Shown one piece after another: positions 26,633 through 40,520 of a stretch of DNA of 64,000 nucleotides. Source of the stretch: Eledone cirrhosa (taxonomy: Eukaryota). The stretch spans positions 231,632,001 to 231,696,000 of the forward strand of contig OZ024742.1 in assembly GCA_964016885.1 (NCBI GenBank). Direction: 5' to 3'. The first letter of the stretch is position 1, and every line of letters begins with the position of its first letter. The notes under the pieces were generated by a model that made no database searches, was not told the origin of the DNA, and saw only the letters and a program-made list of their open reading frames with translations. The position numbers were made by a program, and so were the translations under genes.

Positions 26633-27898
26633 AACAAGACGAGTAAAGGCCGCCTCTAAAAACAGCCTAGTCTTAGCGGGTTTGAGAAAGTACCAGATTG
26701 GTGACTAGCCAAAACTGCAATGTGGTGAGAAGTACGAATAAGAAGCATACAGCATTGTCCTTTGTGCAGGTTAACAAGGGATGCATTCAGGCCTTAGGCA
26801 GAGGGGCCTATTTGAAAAATATATTGCAGTTTCTATTCCATGCTGTAAAAGCTGACGATGGGCCTGTGACCTGTCCTGGGAGGCATGGGATGGACGCACA
26901 AAGATTGCGTATCTTGAGACCCCCAAAGAAGGTTCTTAATGGAGCAAACCTTAAAACTATTCATATTAAAATAAAGTTGAGTTTTCTTGTAACTACAACA
27001 CAGCTTTGGTTAACTGTAGTTTGTTACAAGCAAGAACCTCTTTTAAACTTCTCATTGACAACATATGTACTGTTATTCATTAACTTTGACTTTCATCCTT
27101 ACGGGGTCGATAAAATAAAGTACCAGTAATGCACTGGGTAATTATTGGCCTTGTGCTAAAGGTAGAAACAATTATAAGTATTGTAGAATCAAAGTGTTTC
27201 TCATATATATTAAACAGAACTTCTCGTTCTTGTTTTATTTTCTCCTTTCTGACAGCCATCACCTCCTCCCATTAGCTCTACCCTCCACTCTCTTGTTGCC
27301 TTACTGTCTGCCTAGTTAACTACAATAGGCCAGAATGACAATCAAAGTCAAGATGGAGTTATTTCCCTTTGACAGTTTAACATTTGAACATATATCAATG
27401 GATGGAAAATAATTGTTTCTACTATTGGCACAATTACCCAGTACATTACTGGTACTTTATTTTATCGACCCCGTAAGGATGAAAGGCAAAGTTAACCTCG
27501 GCGGGATTTGAACTCAGAATGGCAAGGGCCGTAACTCTATGCGTCAAAGCATGGCGTCCAACCCTCGACCGATACCACCAGGAAAATAATATAGACTAGT
27601 TGACCCCATGGAAACCCACAGTTTAATTAGAAACAACCACCAAATTTGGCATTGCTATTACCACCAGCACAATCGCTCTCCCTCTTTTGCACACACACAC
27701 ACTTACTCTCCTCTTTCCTACATGACAGACGTTTTACAATATATATATATTATATATGATGATGATATATATATGCACATACAAATGTATTCTTTGAACA
27801 ATTAACTTTATTTATAATTGTATGTTTTATGTAGTATAAGTAAACATGTATTTTAAAATAAGCTGAAAAATTATACATTATTTCAATTTGTCTTTTAG

Positions 27899-28048
27899 GT
27901 TAGTCAGCTTGAAGGAGTTTATAGTGTGCAGGAACCACATTTCTGGACTCTTTGTAGTGAAGTATATGTTGGTACTATCAAATTAGAAGTTGCTAATGAT
28001 GCTGACTCTAAATATGTCCTCAGTCAAACTCATAATATTTTTACACAG
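27899..28048 (+). CDS. SLC30A7: ZnT7 exon (cytosolic C-terminal domain)
   Basis: ttttag|...|gtaagc, 150 nt; VSQLEGVYSVQEPHFWTLCSEVYVGTIKLEVANDADSKYVLSQTHNIFTQ. Confidence 0.96.
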
Positions 28049-28403
28049 GTAAGCTGAAATTGAAATTTTTTCAATATTTTTTTTTACTGGTTTCAGCCAT
28101 TAGAATGCAGCCATGCTGGGGCACTGTCTTAAAGGACTTTAATCATACATATCACACCCCAGTACTTATTTTTTTAAACTTATTTTCTACTTATTTTCAA
28201 CAGTATATATAGAGTAATGTAAATGCTAAGGTGTTATGGTTCTGTAGTCTAACAAATATTCTTAGGTAGACGAAAAAGTATCTTCGAATATTTTAAAACA
28301 CCAAAGTAAGAACTTGTATGAAGTATATTACTACGTAATAGTTGCATGTACATTTATGTATTTATGAAATTAGTATAAACATTTTCTTTTCAATTCTTTT
28401 CAG

Positions 28404-28451
28404 GCTGGTGTTCGTCAACTGTATGTCCAACTTGATCATACACCCATGTAA
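28404..28451 (+). CDS. SLC30A7: ZnT7 last coding exon
   Basis: tttcag|GCTGGT...ATGTAA; AGVRQLYVQLDHTPM*, closely resembling the vertebrate ZnT7 C-terminus as I recall it (AGVRQLYVQID...M). Confidence 0.95.
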   Translation, partial: AGVRQLYVQLDHTPM

Positions 28452-28778
28452 TACCATTTTTATTTCATTATTGAAGAGATCTGAAAGTTAAAAGAAAGAG
28501 GAATCCATGTGGATTTAGTTGGTTATGATTGGCCATTATTTTATGCTGTATAAATGAGAACGGATCTGTGAGAATCTATAAAAATTTTGCTTTGTTCAGA
28601 AATTTACTGTTTGTTCCTTGCTTTAAATTTTCGTTATATGGAGAGATTAAATGCATGTTTCTCAATCAGGACAGAAACTGTGCTTTTCTACAGATTAATT
28701 TTAAAATCTCAAGCAAAAAGCCTACATTTAAAAGAACTCTAGCAGAGAAATTAAGAAACAAATCCAAAAAAAAAAAAC

Positions 28779-28970
28779 AATAAATATCTTTCTTGATCTC
28801 TATTTTTTAATTATGTATGTATATTTTTTTGTTATATATACTTTAAATTTATTGGGATTATTGCTATTTTATTTAGCTGGATTAAAGTACTAATTTGCTA
28901 TTACATAAAAGGACAAGGAATATATACTATACATATTTCTCTTGAATAAAAACACTGTTTCTAAAATAAA
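28779..28970 (+). terminator. Candidate polyadenylation signals of SLC30A7
   Basis: AATAAA at 28779, 28945 and 28965, each followed by T-rich sequence, 330-520 nt after the stop codon. Confidence 0.5.
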
Positions 28971-29164
28971 GTTTCATGGCATTAGAGTTTTTTTTAATTT
29001 TTGTTTATTCCTGCTTTTTATTAACTTTTCAATGTTAATATTATTTTTGCACATTTGCGCATATAATTTGAGTTCTTCATGTCATTCAATAGAAGAATGT
29101 TTCAGTATGCAGTGCAAGCTTTTGTCCAACCTAGGCCAACATGTAAAACCAGACACACCTCCAA

Positions 29165-29310
29165 CTGAGTTGAAGGCCACCAACTTTTCCTGGGTAATTT
29201 TTGTTCCTGTCAGTGCTTCATATTCCCTCAGAGCAGTGTCGACCACCTCATTGTGTTGCACCCCCATCCCACACAGCGGGGGCACCAGTGACGGTCGTAG
29301 CTAGTTATTT
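29165..29310 (-). mobile_element. Small Tx1/L1 RT fragment
   Basis: VVDTALREYEALTGTKITQEK resembles the L1/Tx1 RT segment after YADD (Y...SGAKIN.EKS). Confidence 0.5.
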
Positions 29311-29678
29311 GTGCCCTTTGCTGGGCTTTTTAGGTTTATCCCTTTGACAACAAGAACTATATCTTTAACAAGATGTATTTCATGTCCTTACTGTGGCAAA
29401 ATTCATAAAATTTTCTCAACTTTAGAGACATTGGATTGTTATCAGAACAAGTGTTTGATGTCGTTTACATGGAGTCATCAAATTTTCTTAAATAAGTGAC
29501 ATTAAATGGTTGTGGCATTGTATGTGTATTTGTGTATGTTTTCCTGTGTGTTAGCAGACAATTTGCCACTGAAAGAATATATATTCTTTATTATGGCTAA
29601 GAAGTGAGTCCTGTTACTCTGGACAGATATGCATACATACATATATAGATATATATACAAACATACATACATACACAC

Positions 29679-29710
<32 letters not shown>

Positions 29711-29996
29711 TCATATTTAGCAACAAGTCACTGATACTTTAGAATTGTCTTCACTCGAAGATGAAAAGCGAACACACACACACACACACTTGCTTTCTAA
29801 ATCTTTCTAACTCATTCTACTCCTCTCTCTCCCTCTCTCTATTTGAATATTTCTTTCTTAGTGTGTATATGAATGTAAGTATTTGTGTGTTTGTGTGTTT
29901 ATTAGTATATATATTTATGTGTGTTTGGTTAAGTACACATGTTCAGTGATACAAACGAACTTTCGACCTGTAATATTCCAAAGAACTGGCTAGAAA

Positions 29997-29998
<2 letters not shown>

Positions 29999-30052
<54 letters not shown>
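29999..30052. repeat. (TC)n microsatellite
   Basis: Directly visible. Confidence 0.95.
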
Positions 30053-30055
<3 letters not shown>

Positions 30056-30759
30056 TATTTGAATACTCCATTAAAAAAATGAAGAAACAGCAATTGCTCT
30101 GAAGGTAAATGTATTTCATATTAATTATTTTAAAAAATTTTCTAGTTAATTTTGTCTAATTATCTTTTGTCATCATAAATATAAACATTTTAATTGATTT
30201 AATAATTCTATTTACCAAAAACCCACATTCGAATAAGATTTAAACTTTTCAACACACACGTGTATTTGTGTATATTTATATATATATTATATCTAAACCT
30301 ACATATGTATATATATATATATATATATGTAATTAAGTATAAGTTATATGTTTAGATTACATATAGCCCAGCCTCTATGCACTCACTCCATGAATTTTTG
30401 GATATCGCATGTTGTAAATAAGAATCTGCAAGTCAGAGTGTACACTATACATTAAACAGTGGTTAGACGGCTTAGTGACGGAACAACTATACTGTGCCTA
30501 ACTGTAACAGTTTCATTACCGTGTTCTATATGAGCTGATCAATTGCAATTGCTGCATACAGAAGTCATTTGATGATTCCAAAAGATTAGAAAGATCTTAT
30601 GACTATGACCAACAGGGTAAATCATCGGTGGAGTTCAGTTCTAAAACTAATGGAAAAATGTATATATCATCATCATCGTTGTCATCACCATTTGACGTCC
30701 ACTATATGTATATATATATATATATGTATATATATATGTATAATCCCCCGTACCATTAT

Positions 30760-32280
30760 CTGGTAGACTCTTAGAAAACTAGGAGTAGAGGAATAGCTTG
30801 TGAAGGCTAGAATTAACAATGACTATAGTGAAGAATTTAGCATGCAGGTAGGTGTCTGTCAGGGCTCTGTCCTTAGCCTGTTTCTGTTTATTATCACCCT
30901 ACAGGCTATAACAGATGAGTTTAAGACTGGTTGCCCATTGGAACTTCTGTATGCAGGTGATCTAACTCTTATAGTTGAATCTATGGCAGAATTAGAGAAA
31001 AAATTCCAAACCTGGAAGCATGGCCTAGAATAAAAAAAGTCTTAAAGTTAACTTAGTAAAGATTAAAGTCCTAGTTTTTAGAACGGAAAATAGGGCCAAG
31101 TTTCCCTCAGGGAAATAGCCTTGCTCAGTGTGCAGGAAAGGTGTAGGTAGAAATTCTATCCGATGCTCCCAAATGCAGGCTATAGGTACACAAAAGATGT
31201 AGTGGGATCACAGGCAAGCTATCAAAGAATGTAGGTTTTTATATATGGCCAATTCACAGGTGTAAAAAGTAGCAAGAGCCCACAGAATATTAGCTCTTTT
31301 AAATGCCCAGAGGGTTCTGTAGAAATAGTCAACAGTTCCTGTTATCTGAGTGACCAAATTAGCAGTGGAAGAGGGCATTCTGAAAGTACAGTAGCCAGAG
31401 TAAGAACGGGATGGATAAAGTGCAGGGAACTACTACCACTGATGGCTACAAAAGGTTTCTCCTTAAAATGAAGGGCAGATTGTATGATGCATGTATACGA
31501 ACAGCAATGTTGCATGGTAGTGAGACCTGGGTGCAGAGGACCTGCAAAAATTGGAAAGAAATGAAACCTGCATGCTCCAATAGATGTGTAATTGTAATAT
31601 TCATGAATGGCAAAGCGTGAATATACTGAGAGAGAGAATGGTCATAGGAGGCATCAGGTGCAGTGTGCAAGACAAGAGATTGTGTTGGTATGGCCATATA
31701 ATGTGTATGAAGGAGGACAGTTGTATAAAAAGGTGCAGGATGATCAAAATCAAAATTGATGGAAGCTATGGAGTAGGAAGGCCTGGGATGAGGAGATAAA
31801 AGCTGACCTTGCACAATTGCACCTCTCAAAGACAACGACACAGGATTGAGATCTTTGGTGTTATGAAGTAATACAGAAGACTTTCTTTTTCCCATGTGCA
31901 TACATTTGGTAGGCACCATTTAACTGCTATCCTTCCTCCCCTTCCATACATCTTCCATGACCTAACACCCCCACCGACATCCTCCCACGCCTTCACACAT
32001 CCTGTTCTAGTCCCTAGTCCACATTGTAAAGTGGTTGTTTTGGTGCCACAACAAAAAGCACCCAGCCATACTGTAAAGTGGTTGTGTAAGTGTCATGACA
32101 AAAAGCACCCAGCACACTCTCTAAATGTAGTTGATGTTAGGAAGGGTATCCAGCCATAGAAACTAAGCCAGAAACAGTTCTGTATGAGCAAGACATGGTC
32201 ACCTGATCTGACTTGTCTCAAATGGGACAACCCAACTAACCCATGCTAGGGTGGAAAATAGACATTAAATGATGATGATA
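30760..32280 (+). mobile_element. Decayed RTE LINE (RT to 3' tail)
   Basis: QVGVCQGSVLS, ELLYAGDL, MLHGSETW and RLCWYGHIM motifs; (GAT)n tail. Confidence 0.9.
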
Positions 32281-32494
32281 ATAATTGTTTTTACTATTGG
32301 CACAAGGCCAGCAATTACCCAGTACATTACTGAATGATATATATATATATGCATGTTATTGTGGAGATAAAAGTAGAAATATTTATTTATCTATGTATAT
32401 CTGTATGTATACATATATTTGTATATGCATGTATTCATATACAATGATTTCATGGCATGGATATATTATAGTAAGCTATTAACCCTACCAAGTC

Positions 32495-33790
32495 AGAATT
32501 AGGCCTGGTCAGTAACAACCTACTTAGAAATTAGAATAGGAATATTAATAAACAATGTAAGCTTAACCAATGGGAAAATAGCCAAGCAGTGTTAGATTGG
32601 CTTAAATTCCTTAAACATACAGATAAATTTATCAAATTCGATATCGTGGATATGGCCCAACGATATACAGTGACTTACTTGATAAGGTCCTGGACTTCGC
32701 TGGCAGATTTAGCGATATACATGACTTGGATCAACTGGTAATATCTCGCTGCAGTAAAACCCTCTTCTTCAAAAAGTGGGAGGCCTGGATAAAGAAATCC
32801 ATGACAAACAACTTCTTTGATATTCCTATGGGGTCGTTTGACAGTGCAGATATTTGCAATTTGGTGAGGCTCTTTATCTTGGATACCAAACAGGTTTATA
32901 CCGAGACAATGGTTTGGCCCTTAGAAACCATAAAAATGCCCACGACTTTGACGCTTTTAGGAAAGAGTCAATCACTAAATTTGGCAAACTAGAGCTGAAA
33001 ATCACTGTATCCACCTTACTAGTGTTAACTTCTTAGACTTCAACCTAGACCTACGTACACACACCCATAAACCCTTCCATAAGCCTAGAAAAATCTTTAG
33101 ATACACAGGAACTCCTGCCATCCCCTCTAGTTTTTAAAAATTAGCAAGTGAATCTTGCTGTTTTCAATAGGCAGCCCCCTACTATATACAGCCTTATGCA
33201 ATAGTGGCTTCTCCAAGAATATATCCCACTTTCCAAGCCACTCCCCAAATACTAATATGAAAAAAACTAGAAATAAAGCAAAATTCTGGTTCTCATCTCC
33301 TTTCTCATTGAATGTCAAAGAAGTTTTTAGCTGTCACACGCACTTCTCCCAGGACACAAATACCACCAGATCTCTAACTTATAGGGTCAAAACTGGATAC
33401 TTATGTGCTTGGAACATGAAGTCACACCTCCTGTATAAACAACAGAGTCCCCAAATATATGGATGTTCTTGTAAAAAAGCTAAGTCATGCCTGCTGGCAA
33501 TGCAACACCCCAGTGATTTTATTCAAAGTTGAGGTCTCTCCATTGAGTCAACACCACCAAAAGGAATTCTGGAAATACGTCATTGTGTTAGTGAGCCAGT
33601 TTAAAAATAATTTCCTTAATCATGAAATGACCTTCAGATACCCAAATAAAAGAACACCACAAATTTGGCAAATAAAATATGGTAACTCAAAGACAAGAAC
33701 ATAGACTTCTCCATCAAATGGAGATTATGCAATGATGAAAAATGGTGGATATTGAATAATCTCCACAATAATATTAAACTGTTTAACGCA
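32495..33790 (+). mobile_element. Penelope-like element relic (RT + GIY-YIG endonuclease)
   Basis: Frameshifted motifs NPTKSELGLVS, FIKFDIVD, FDIPMGSFDSADICNLV, GLYRDNGL, WFSSPFSLNV, GCSCKKAKSC and FKNNFLNHEMTFRYP. Confidence 0.85.
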
Positions 33791-34899
33791 CATACAGAAT
33801 TCTTCTTGTGATGTCCTCGCATTTTTAAATACCTTTTAAAGAACTGGCCTCTTTAACATTTGTTTATGTGTTTTCTCCCAAATCATTCTTAATTCACTGA
33901 TTATTTTCTAGTCCCCTTGTATTTATTAGCTACTTAGTGTTTGTTTTTTCAGTCAAGTTGTGTCCCCTAGATTGGGGCTCTCTTCTTTTTCCTTTTTGAG
34001 TAATCATTTTCCATTTCATATTCATCGGGACAGGTTGAACAAGTTGGTCCTTGGGACTAATGAAATGGTATGGCGCCATTGTAGTAACTGACCTTAATGA
34101 TTATATTTAATCTCACCCTATGGACTTAAGTCGATCTATACCTTGGATATCTTTACCAACCTATTACTACACTATATAATACACTTCATTTTTGCATTTG
34201 TTTTGCAAAATTTTTTATGTGAAAATGTGTTGAAACAGATATTGTTATACTTTGGGAGGGTCATGCTGCCAATAAACCCCATGCACCAATTAAGTGTCAC
34301 AATTTATTATTATTGGTTTAGTAACTGATCTTTCCATCAGTTAATTTAATAACTGGGTGGTTGTTTAATTGTTAATTGTCTTGGACTGTGACAACCCATC
34401 CGACACATGCCAGTGTGGAAAGTGGACGTAAAATGAGGATGGTTAGATTTTTAAAATTTAAAACCTGTATGTATTTCAATTCCAATTACTTGTGCCAAGC
34501 CGACTTTGCATGTAAAATTGGGAGATTGCTGTGTATTCTAATTTTTTGTGTTTGAAAGACTCCCCAAAATTGAAGTAGCCCGGGCCCCGCAAGGTCTAAA
34601 TCCAGCCCTGTATACACTGACAGGAAGGTCAAAGCCAATCCACCAGGTATTGTAGTCAGAGATCGCGAAGAAAAGAAATGCTTTATAATCAATATATAGA
34701 AATGTAGGGTCTAAAAACAGAAACAATCCTTATAGTAATAGGTGCTCTGGAAATGATAAAAAATATGCAGATAAATATATAACCAAAACCCTAGGACTTA
34801 CAATTATGCACAACATACAGAAAATAGCACACCTTGATACTACACACATATAAAGAGTATTTTCAATACAATAAAAATAATACTGCATATACCCAGGTG

Positions 34900-35970
34900 G
34901 TTTCTAATATAGGCACAAGGCGAGCAATTTGAGAGGAAGGGGAAAGTTGATTAAATCAAATCTAGTAATTCATTGATACTTTAATTTATTGACCTCAGAT
35001 AGATAAAACATATAGTTGACCCCAGCAGAACTTGAACTCAGAACATAATAAGCCAGAATAAACGCTGCAAAGCACTAACAATCTGCTGATACTGCTAATC
35101 CACTATACTCACCATCCTCATCATCATCATCACCATAATAGTAATTGTTTCTACTTTAGGCGCAAGGCCAGCAACAAACTCCAGTACCAACTGGTGCTTT
35201 ATTTTTATTGACCTGTAAGGATGAAAGGCAAAGCTAACCTCGGTGGGATTTGAACACAGAACACAAAGGGCCGTAAATCTGTGCTGCGAAGCAGGGTGTC
35301 TGACGCTCTACAGATACAGCCAATCCACTGATCTATTATCACCATAGTAATAATTGTTTCTACGTTAGGCACAAGGCCAGCAATTACCCAGTGTATTACT
35401 GGTACTTTATTTTATCGACCCCGTAAGGATGAAAGGCAAAGTTAACCTCGGCGGGATTTGAACTCAGAATGGCAAGGGCCGTAACTCTATGCCTCAAAGC
35501 ATGGCGTCCGACCCTCTACCAATACTGCCAATCCTAGTAATAATGATTTCTAGTATAGACACAAGGCCAATAATTTGGGGGGAGGGGAAAGTCGATTAAA
35601 TCGACCCCAGTACGTTACTGATGCTTTATTTTATCGACCCCATAAGGATGAAAAGCAAAGTTAACTTCGGCAAGATTTGAAATCAGACCACAAAGGGCCG
35701 TAACTCTATGCTGCAAAACATGGTGTCCGACTCTCTACCGATACCGCCAATCCACTGCTCTATCATCACCATAATAATAATGATTTATTACATTATCATT
35801 AGAATGCAAAAGTTATGGAGCAGAACACAGTTGATAAAATTGATCTTGGTGCTTTATTATTGATCCAGAAATGATGAAAGTTGTCCTTTGTAAGATTTGA
35901 ATTCAGAATCTATTTTTGAATAAAAGGTGTAAATGTAGCGCTCTAGTGATTTTGTCACATCACTACCTTA
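34900..35970 (-). mobile_element. Head-to-tail array of about five family A SINEs
   Basis: Units begin near 34900, 35140, 35350, 35537 and 35820. Confidence 0.85.
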
Positions 35971-36051
35971 CTTCTGTGACCACTATTAATAATATTGATT
36001 AATATTGTTTGACTTTTTCCAATCAGTTGCATTGACGCATGTGGTTAGTTA

Positions 36052-39000
36052 AATAATAATAATAATGAAATTATTGTGTAAAGTGCTCAGGTGCACTACA
36101 ACTCGTCAAAGTTGCATGTATAGTACATAGAATAATATACAAATGTCAGGGAAGTGAATAGTGTATGAGTCATGATATACACGTGTGTATGTGTATGGAG
36201 GGGGAACATTAGGTGTAGTGTAGGCGAATCTCGGGAAGCATGGAGGCCTTAAAGGATGCAGTGTCTCGACAGCTAACAACCGATGCAGGTAGTTTGTTCC
36301 ATGCTTCAGCAACTCTGAGCGTGAAAAAATGTTTCTGAAAGTCATGGGAACTGTACTGTTTTCTGATTTTGTGGGCATGCCCACGTGTGTTAGACACATG
36401 GAAATCAAAAAGGTACTCAGGGTTGTTGTTGGCAAGATGGTTAACAGTTTTGTGGGTGTTTACCAAGTCAGTTGCCAGGCGTCGGAGCTTCAATGTATCC
36501 ATGCCCAGGGAAGCAAGGTGCTCGGAGTATGGTAGATGCCTGATGGAGCGTATTCGCTTGGTTGCACGTCTCTGAACAGTTTCCAGGCGGTCAATATTCT
36601 GAGCAAGATAGTTCCAGACTGGTGATGCAAATTCTAAGTGTGGCTGCACCATAGCCATGTACAGCCTTAAATAGATAGCTGGAGAGCGGCTGATAAAGGT
36701 CTTGCTGAGTGATGTTAAGACACCCTCAGCCCTCTTGACAATTTTAGAGACGTGCTTCGTCCAACGCAGATCGTTGCTGACCGTAATGCCCAGGTCACGT
36801 TCACAAGAAGACTTCTTGATATTAGTGCTGTGGAGGGAGTATGTGGACGCTGGGTTTTTACTCCCAAAATGCATGGTGGTGCACTTGTCCACAGCTAGCT
36901 TGAGTTGCCAGTCTGAGATCCATTGTTGCATTGTGTCCAGGTCAGACTGCAAGCAAGATCTATAGTGTTCAGGATCTGTCCTTTTTATCTCAAGGTACAG
37001 CTTGATGTCATCTGTGTACTTTAGTACTGTGGCATTCTTTAAGTTGGCATCTATGTCATTAATATATGCCACAAACAAAAAGGGGCCAAGAACAGATCCC
37101 TGTGGTACACCAGATGACATCTCATATGGTGAGGAATGCTGTCCCAGAACCGTGACTACCCCTCCTCGACTGAGAATGAAGGACTTCAACCAGTTAAAAA
37201 GATCATCCTTCACACCCATTGCAGAGAGTTTTGCCACAAGCCTTTTGTGTGGCACAGAATTGAAAGCTTTCGCAAAGTCAAGGTAAACAACATCCACCCA
37301 TGAGCCGCCATCAGTGATCCGGGTGATGTCTTCAAGAAACTCTATAAGTTGATCACAGCAGCTGGAGTTGGGGATAAATTCAAAGTGCGAGGGCCGGATA
37401 AGACTGTGAGAGTTCCAGAAGTTCCAAAGTATTTCTTTGACACAGGATTCCATCAGTTTGGCGATGCAACTAGTAAGACTGACTGGACGATAGTTCACAG
37501 GTGATGTGCGGTCACCCTTTTTGAACAGAGGAATGACACTGGCAGTTTTCCACTGTTCTGGAGTAGCACTGTTGTTCAGACAGAATTGGAAGAAGCGTGA
37601 TAACTGGTGCAGAAGGAAGTACCCACCACGTTTAAGAAGTAGGTACGTAACACCATGAAGACCAGGAGAGGTGTGGTTGCGTTTATTTTTTAGGTGACGT
37701 CGCAGCATTGCAGGTGTAAATTCCATGGTTGTAATAGAATCCGTCATAGGTGGTGGAGACGGTACACTCTGGTCTTCAATAGTGAAAATGCCTGCATAGC
37801 ATTCAGCAATGAGCTCTGCGCATTCCTTGGGGTCGTCAGTAACCTGGCTTGAGTGGGGATTGTGAAGAGGACCAACTGGAGAGTGAAGCCTCTGCTTTGA
37901 GTGAACATACTTCCAGAACACCTTACTGTCAGGGATGGTTGCTATGTGCTGCTCAAATTGAAGCACTGCCTTTTTTGTCACCTGTTTGAGGTGGTTGGAC
38001 GATCTATTTCACCTCTTCCTATTAATGTCTGATTTGTGCAGTTTGTACTCACGTTCAGCATTGCAACGTTATTTTCTGGCAAGACGGACTGCTGCAGTCT
38101 CCCAAATTGCACTTTTGGGATGTTTTTTCCGCTTACATGGCACCGATGCTGCACATGCTGTCCATATTGAGCTCAGGATGTTCTGGAGTACAGTGTTGAC
38201 ATCTCCAGAGTCGTATAACTCGAGCCAGTTTGGCCGTTGCAACTCGGTGCTGTAACAGTTCCAGTCTGCTTTATTCCAGTCAAAGTGAGCAGTTTGGAGA
38301 TGGTTGTGGTTCTTGTTACTGCCCATCAGGGATAGATTGGCATGATCAGAGTCACCTAAAGGTTCCTCAGCAGTAACACTAATGACCGTTTCAGGAGTAG
38401 TGGTGAAGAGTAGGTCCAAAGTATTGTCACCTCTTGTTGGGGAGGTGACTACTTGGGACCAATTCGAGTCCAGCACTAGCTCAAGGAAGTCATTTGCGCT
38501 TGGCAGCCAACGAAAGGTTTCCCAGTCAATCTCAGGGTGATTGAAGTCTCCTGCAATGAAAACATAAGTGGCTGTCTTCCTGGCAGCAGCTCTGAGGATA
38601 TCACAAAGTTCAGTGTCCTGATGGTAATTTGGGGGACGGTAAATGACTCCAAGTAGCAGTGTTGACATGGTCATACGCATATCGCAGAAAAAAAATTCCT
38701 GCTGTGATTGGTTCAAATCAACACAGGGAATTGTCGACAAATTTGACCGAACGTAGACCATTACACCACGACCACGATGATTATGCGGTCTTTACGAAAC
38801 AGGTTGTAGCCAGTCATGCTGAAAACCCCATCACAGAGTAAGGGATGTGCTCAAGTTTCTGTGACTGTAATGAAGTCAGGGTTGATACTTTTGATGTAGG
38901 AGTAAAAAAGATGAATCTTATTGCATAGACTACGTGCATTCAAGGACAACAATTTGTACCTTGATTCCAGTATATGATTATGTGCAGGGGATGGCAGGTT

Positions 39001-39280
39001 GTTCTGATTTAGTTTCCCAGAGTTTTTTCAGTTTCTTTATTGTCAGTTGTTGTGGGTACAGTGTTTTCAGACCAGCTGGTATCTCTTTTCCATGTTTCAC
39101 CAGCCTTAACAAACTTCCATATCTGCCCATCATCACGTAGGCTGAAGCTTTCATGTTCTGCCGAGCTGCGGTTTAAGGAAGCTGCAGCATGCAACTTTGG
39201 GCGGACATCAGGTGGAAGACCAGGGCGTGTTCGGAAAGCAATCTGACTTTGACGCCTAGCTTTATCAGAGGCTACAAAGT
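36052..39280 (-). mobile_element. Long CR1-group LINE (APE endonuclease + RT, disrupted; possible ORF1 end)
   Basis: EN motifs LNARSL, IYRPPN, GDFNHP, TRGDNTLDL and GDSDH; 590-aa RT ORF 36209-37981; stops and frameshifts in between. Confidence 0.95.
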
Positions 39281-40229
39281 ATGAAATGTTAAGGTAATGA
39301 TTACTATAGGGTTTTAAATTATAATTTTCTGGCCTATTAACTTTACTTTTAGAGTTTATATTTCCAATATTTATGTCTACATTATGTTTTCATTTGTGGA
39401 GCATAACACCTTCCTCTCACCACTTATCCTTTACAAACCCATTAACCTCAACTCTATCTCAGTCACACCAAATCAGCTATTCCCTTGTCACAATTCTTTC
39501 ATCTTCACCACTGGAGTATTTATAATGTACTGTCTGTCTGTAGTGAATGGAGTTATAATGAAAGCTTTAATAATTGCTATTCCCAGTGGTCTTTGGAAGG
39601 AGATATATGCACTCCATGAAGGATACATTTGTGTTGAGAAAACTGTTAGGGCTACATGTTTTGATAACAAACATCTTGAAACTTCCCATCCTACCCCGTG
39701 CTGGTTTTATTTTAAAATATGTTCATCTAGAAATCTTCCATCGTAATTCTATGTAATAACCTTTATTAGTTATGTTCCAAGCACTAAATAATTGTTTCTA
39801 CTTTTGGTACAAGGCTAGAAATTACTCCAGTGCATTACTGGTGCTTTATTTTATCGACCCTGAAAGGATGAAAGGCAAAGTTAACCTCGACGGGATTTGA
39901 ACTCAAAACGTAAAGGGCCATAACTCTATACTGTAAAGCATGGTGTCTGATGCTCTACCGATACTGCCAATTCACTGCCTAAAAAAAAAAAAAAAAATTT
40001 TGAAATTGGTAGTATCTTATATTAGAAATATGGTAATGAAAGAGTTAATATATCTTAAAATTTGGGAACTGAAACCTGAAGAAACTTTAGCAGTTTCATG
40101 AATTTCTTTCACTCTCATGATCTATTTTGTTGGGATAGCAAGAGTGTTATCCTAATTCTTGATTACTCTACTTATTACTTGGAGGTCTTCATTGCACATT
40201 TATTCTGGAGAGGATCATGAAGGTAGCAT

Positions 40230-40520
40230 CCTGAGGCATGCCTTTCAGAGGTTCCTCTTTGAAGCACCCATCACCAAATGATCCAACTGGATCACTAAGC
40301 ACGACAAACTAAGATTATGGATGTTATCCAACCACTTTTCTTGTGTTTTACCTCTCAGTCTCCTGCTTGTAGTCTTTGTCTGTAAAATCTGTCCTGTGAT
40401 TCTTTCCTTAGACATCCTGTTCTCTTGATGTAGAGAAGACATACTTGAATTTTCTCCTTCGAAGAAATCACCAGCCATACTTGATAAAGAACTCGTTTCT
40501 TCATCATACAGTTTTTCTAA
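40230..40520 (-). mobile_element. Old RTE-type LINE C-terminal fragment
   Basis: RMSKERITGQILQ...RRLRGKTQEKWLDNI. Confidence 0.6.

Noticed and set aside
26100-26960. I/Jockey-type LINE ORF1 zinc knuckle and RNase H remnants
   Set aside because: Only faint, frameshifted resemblance; not enough to call.
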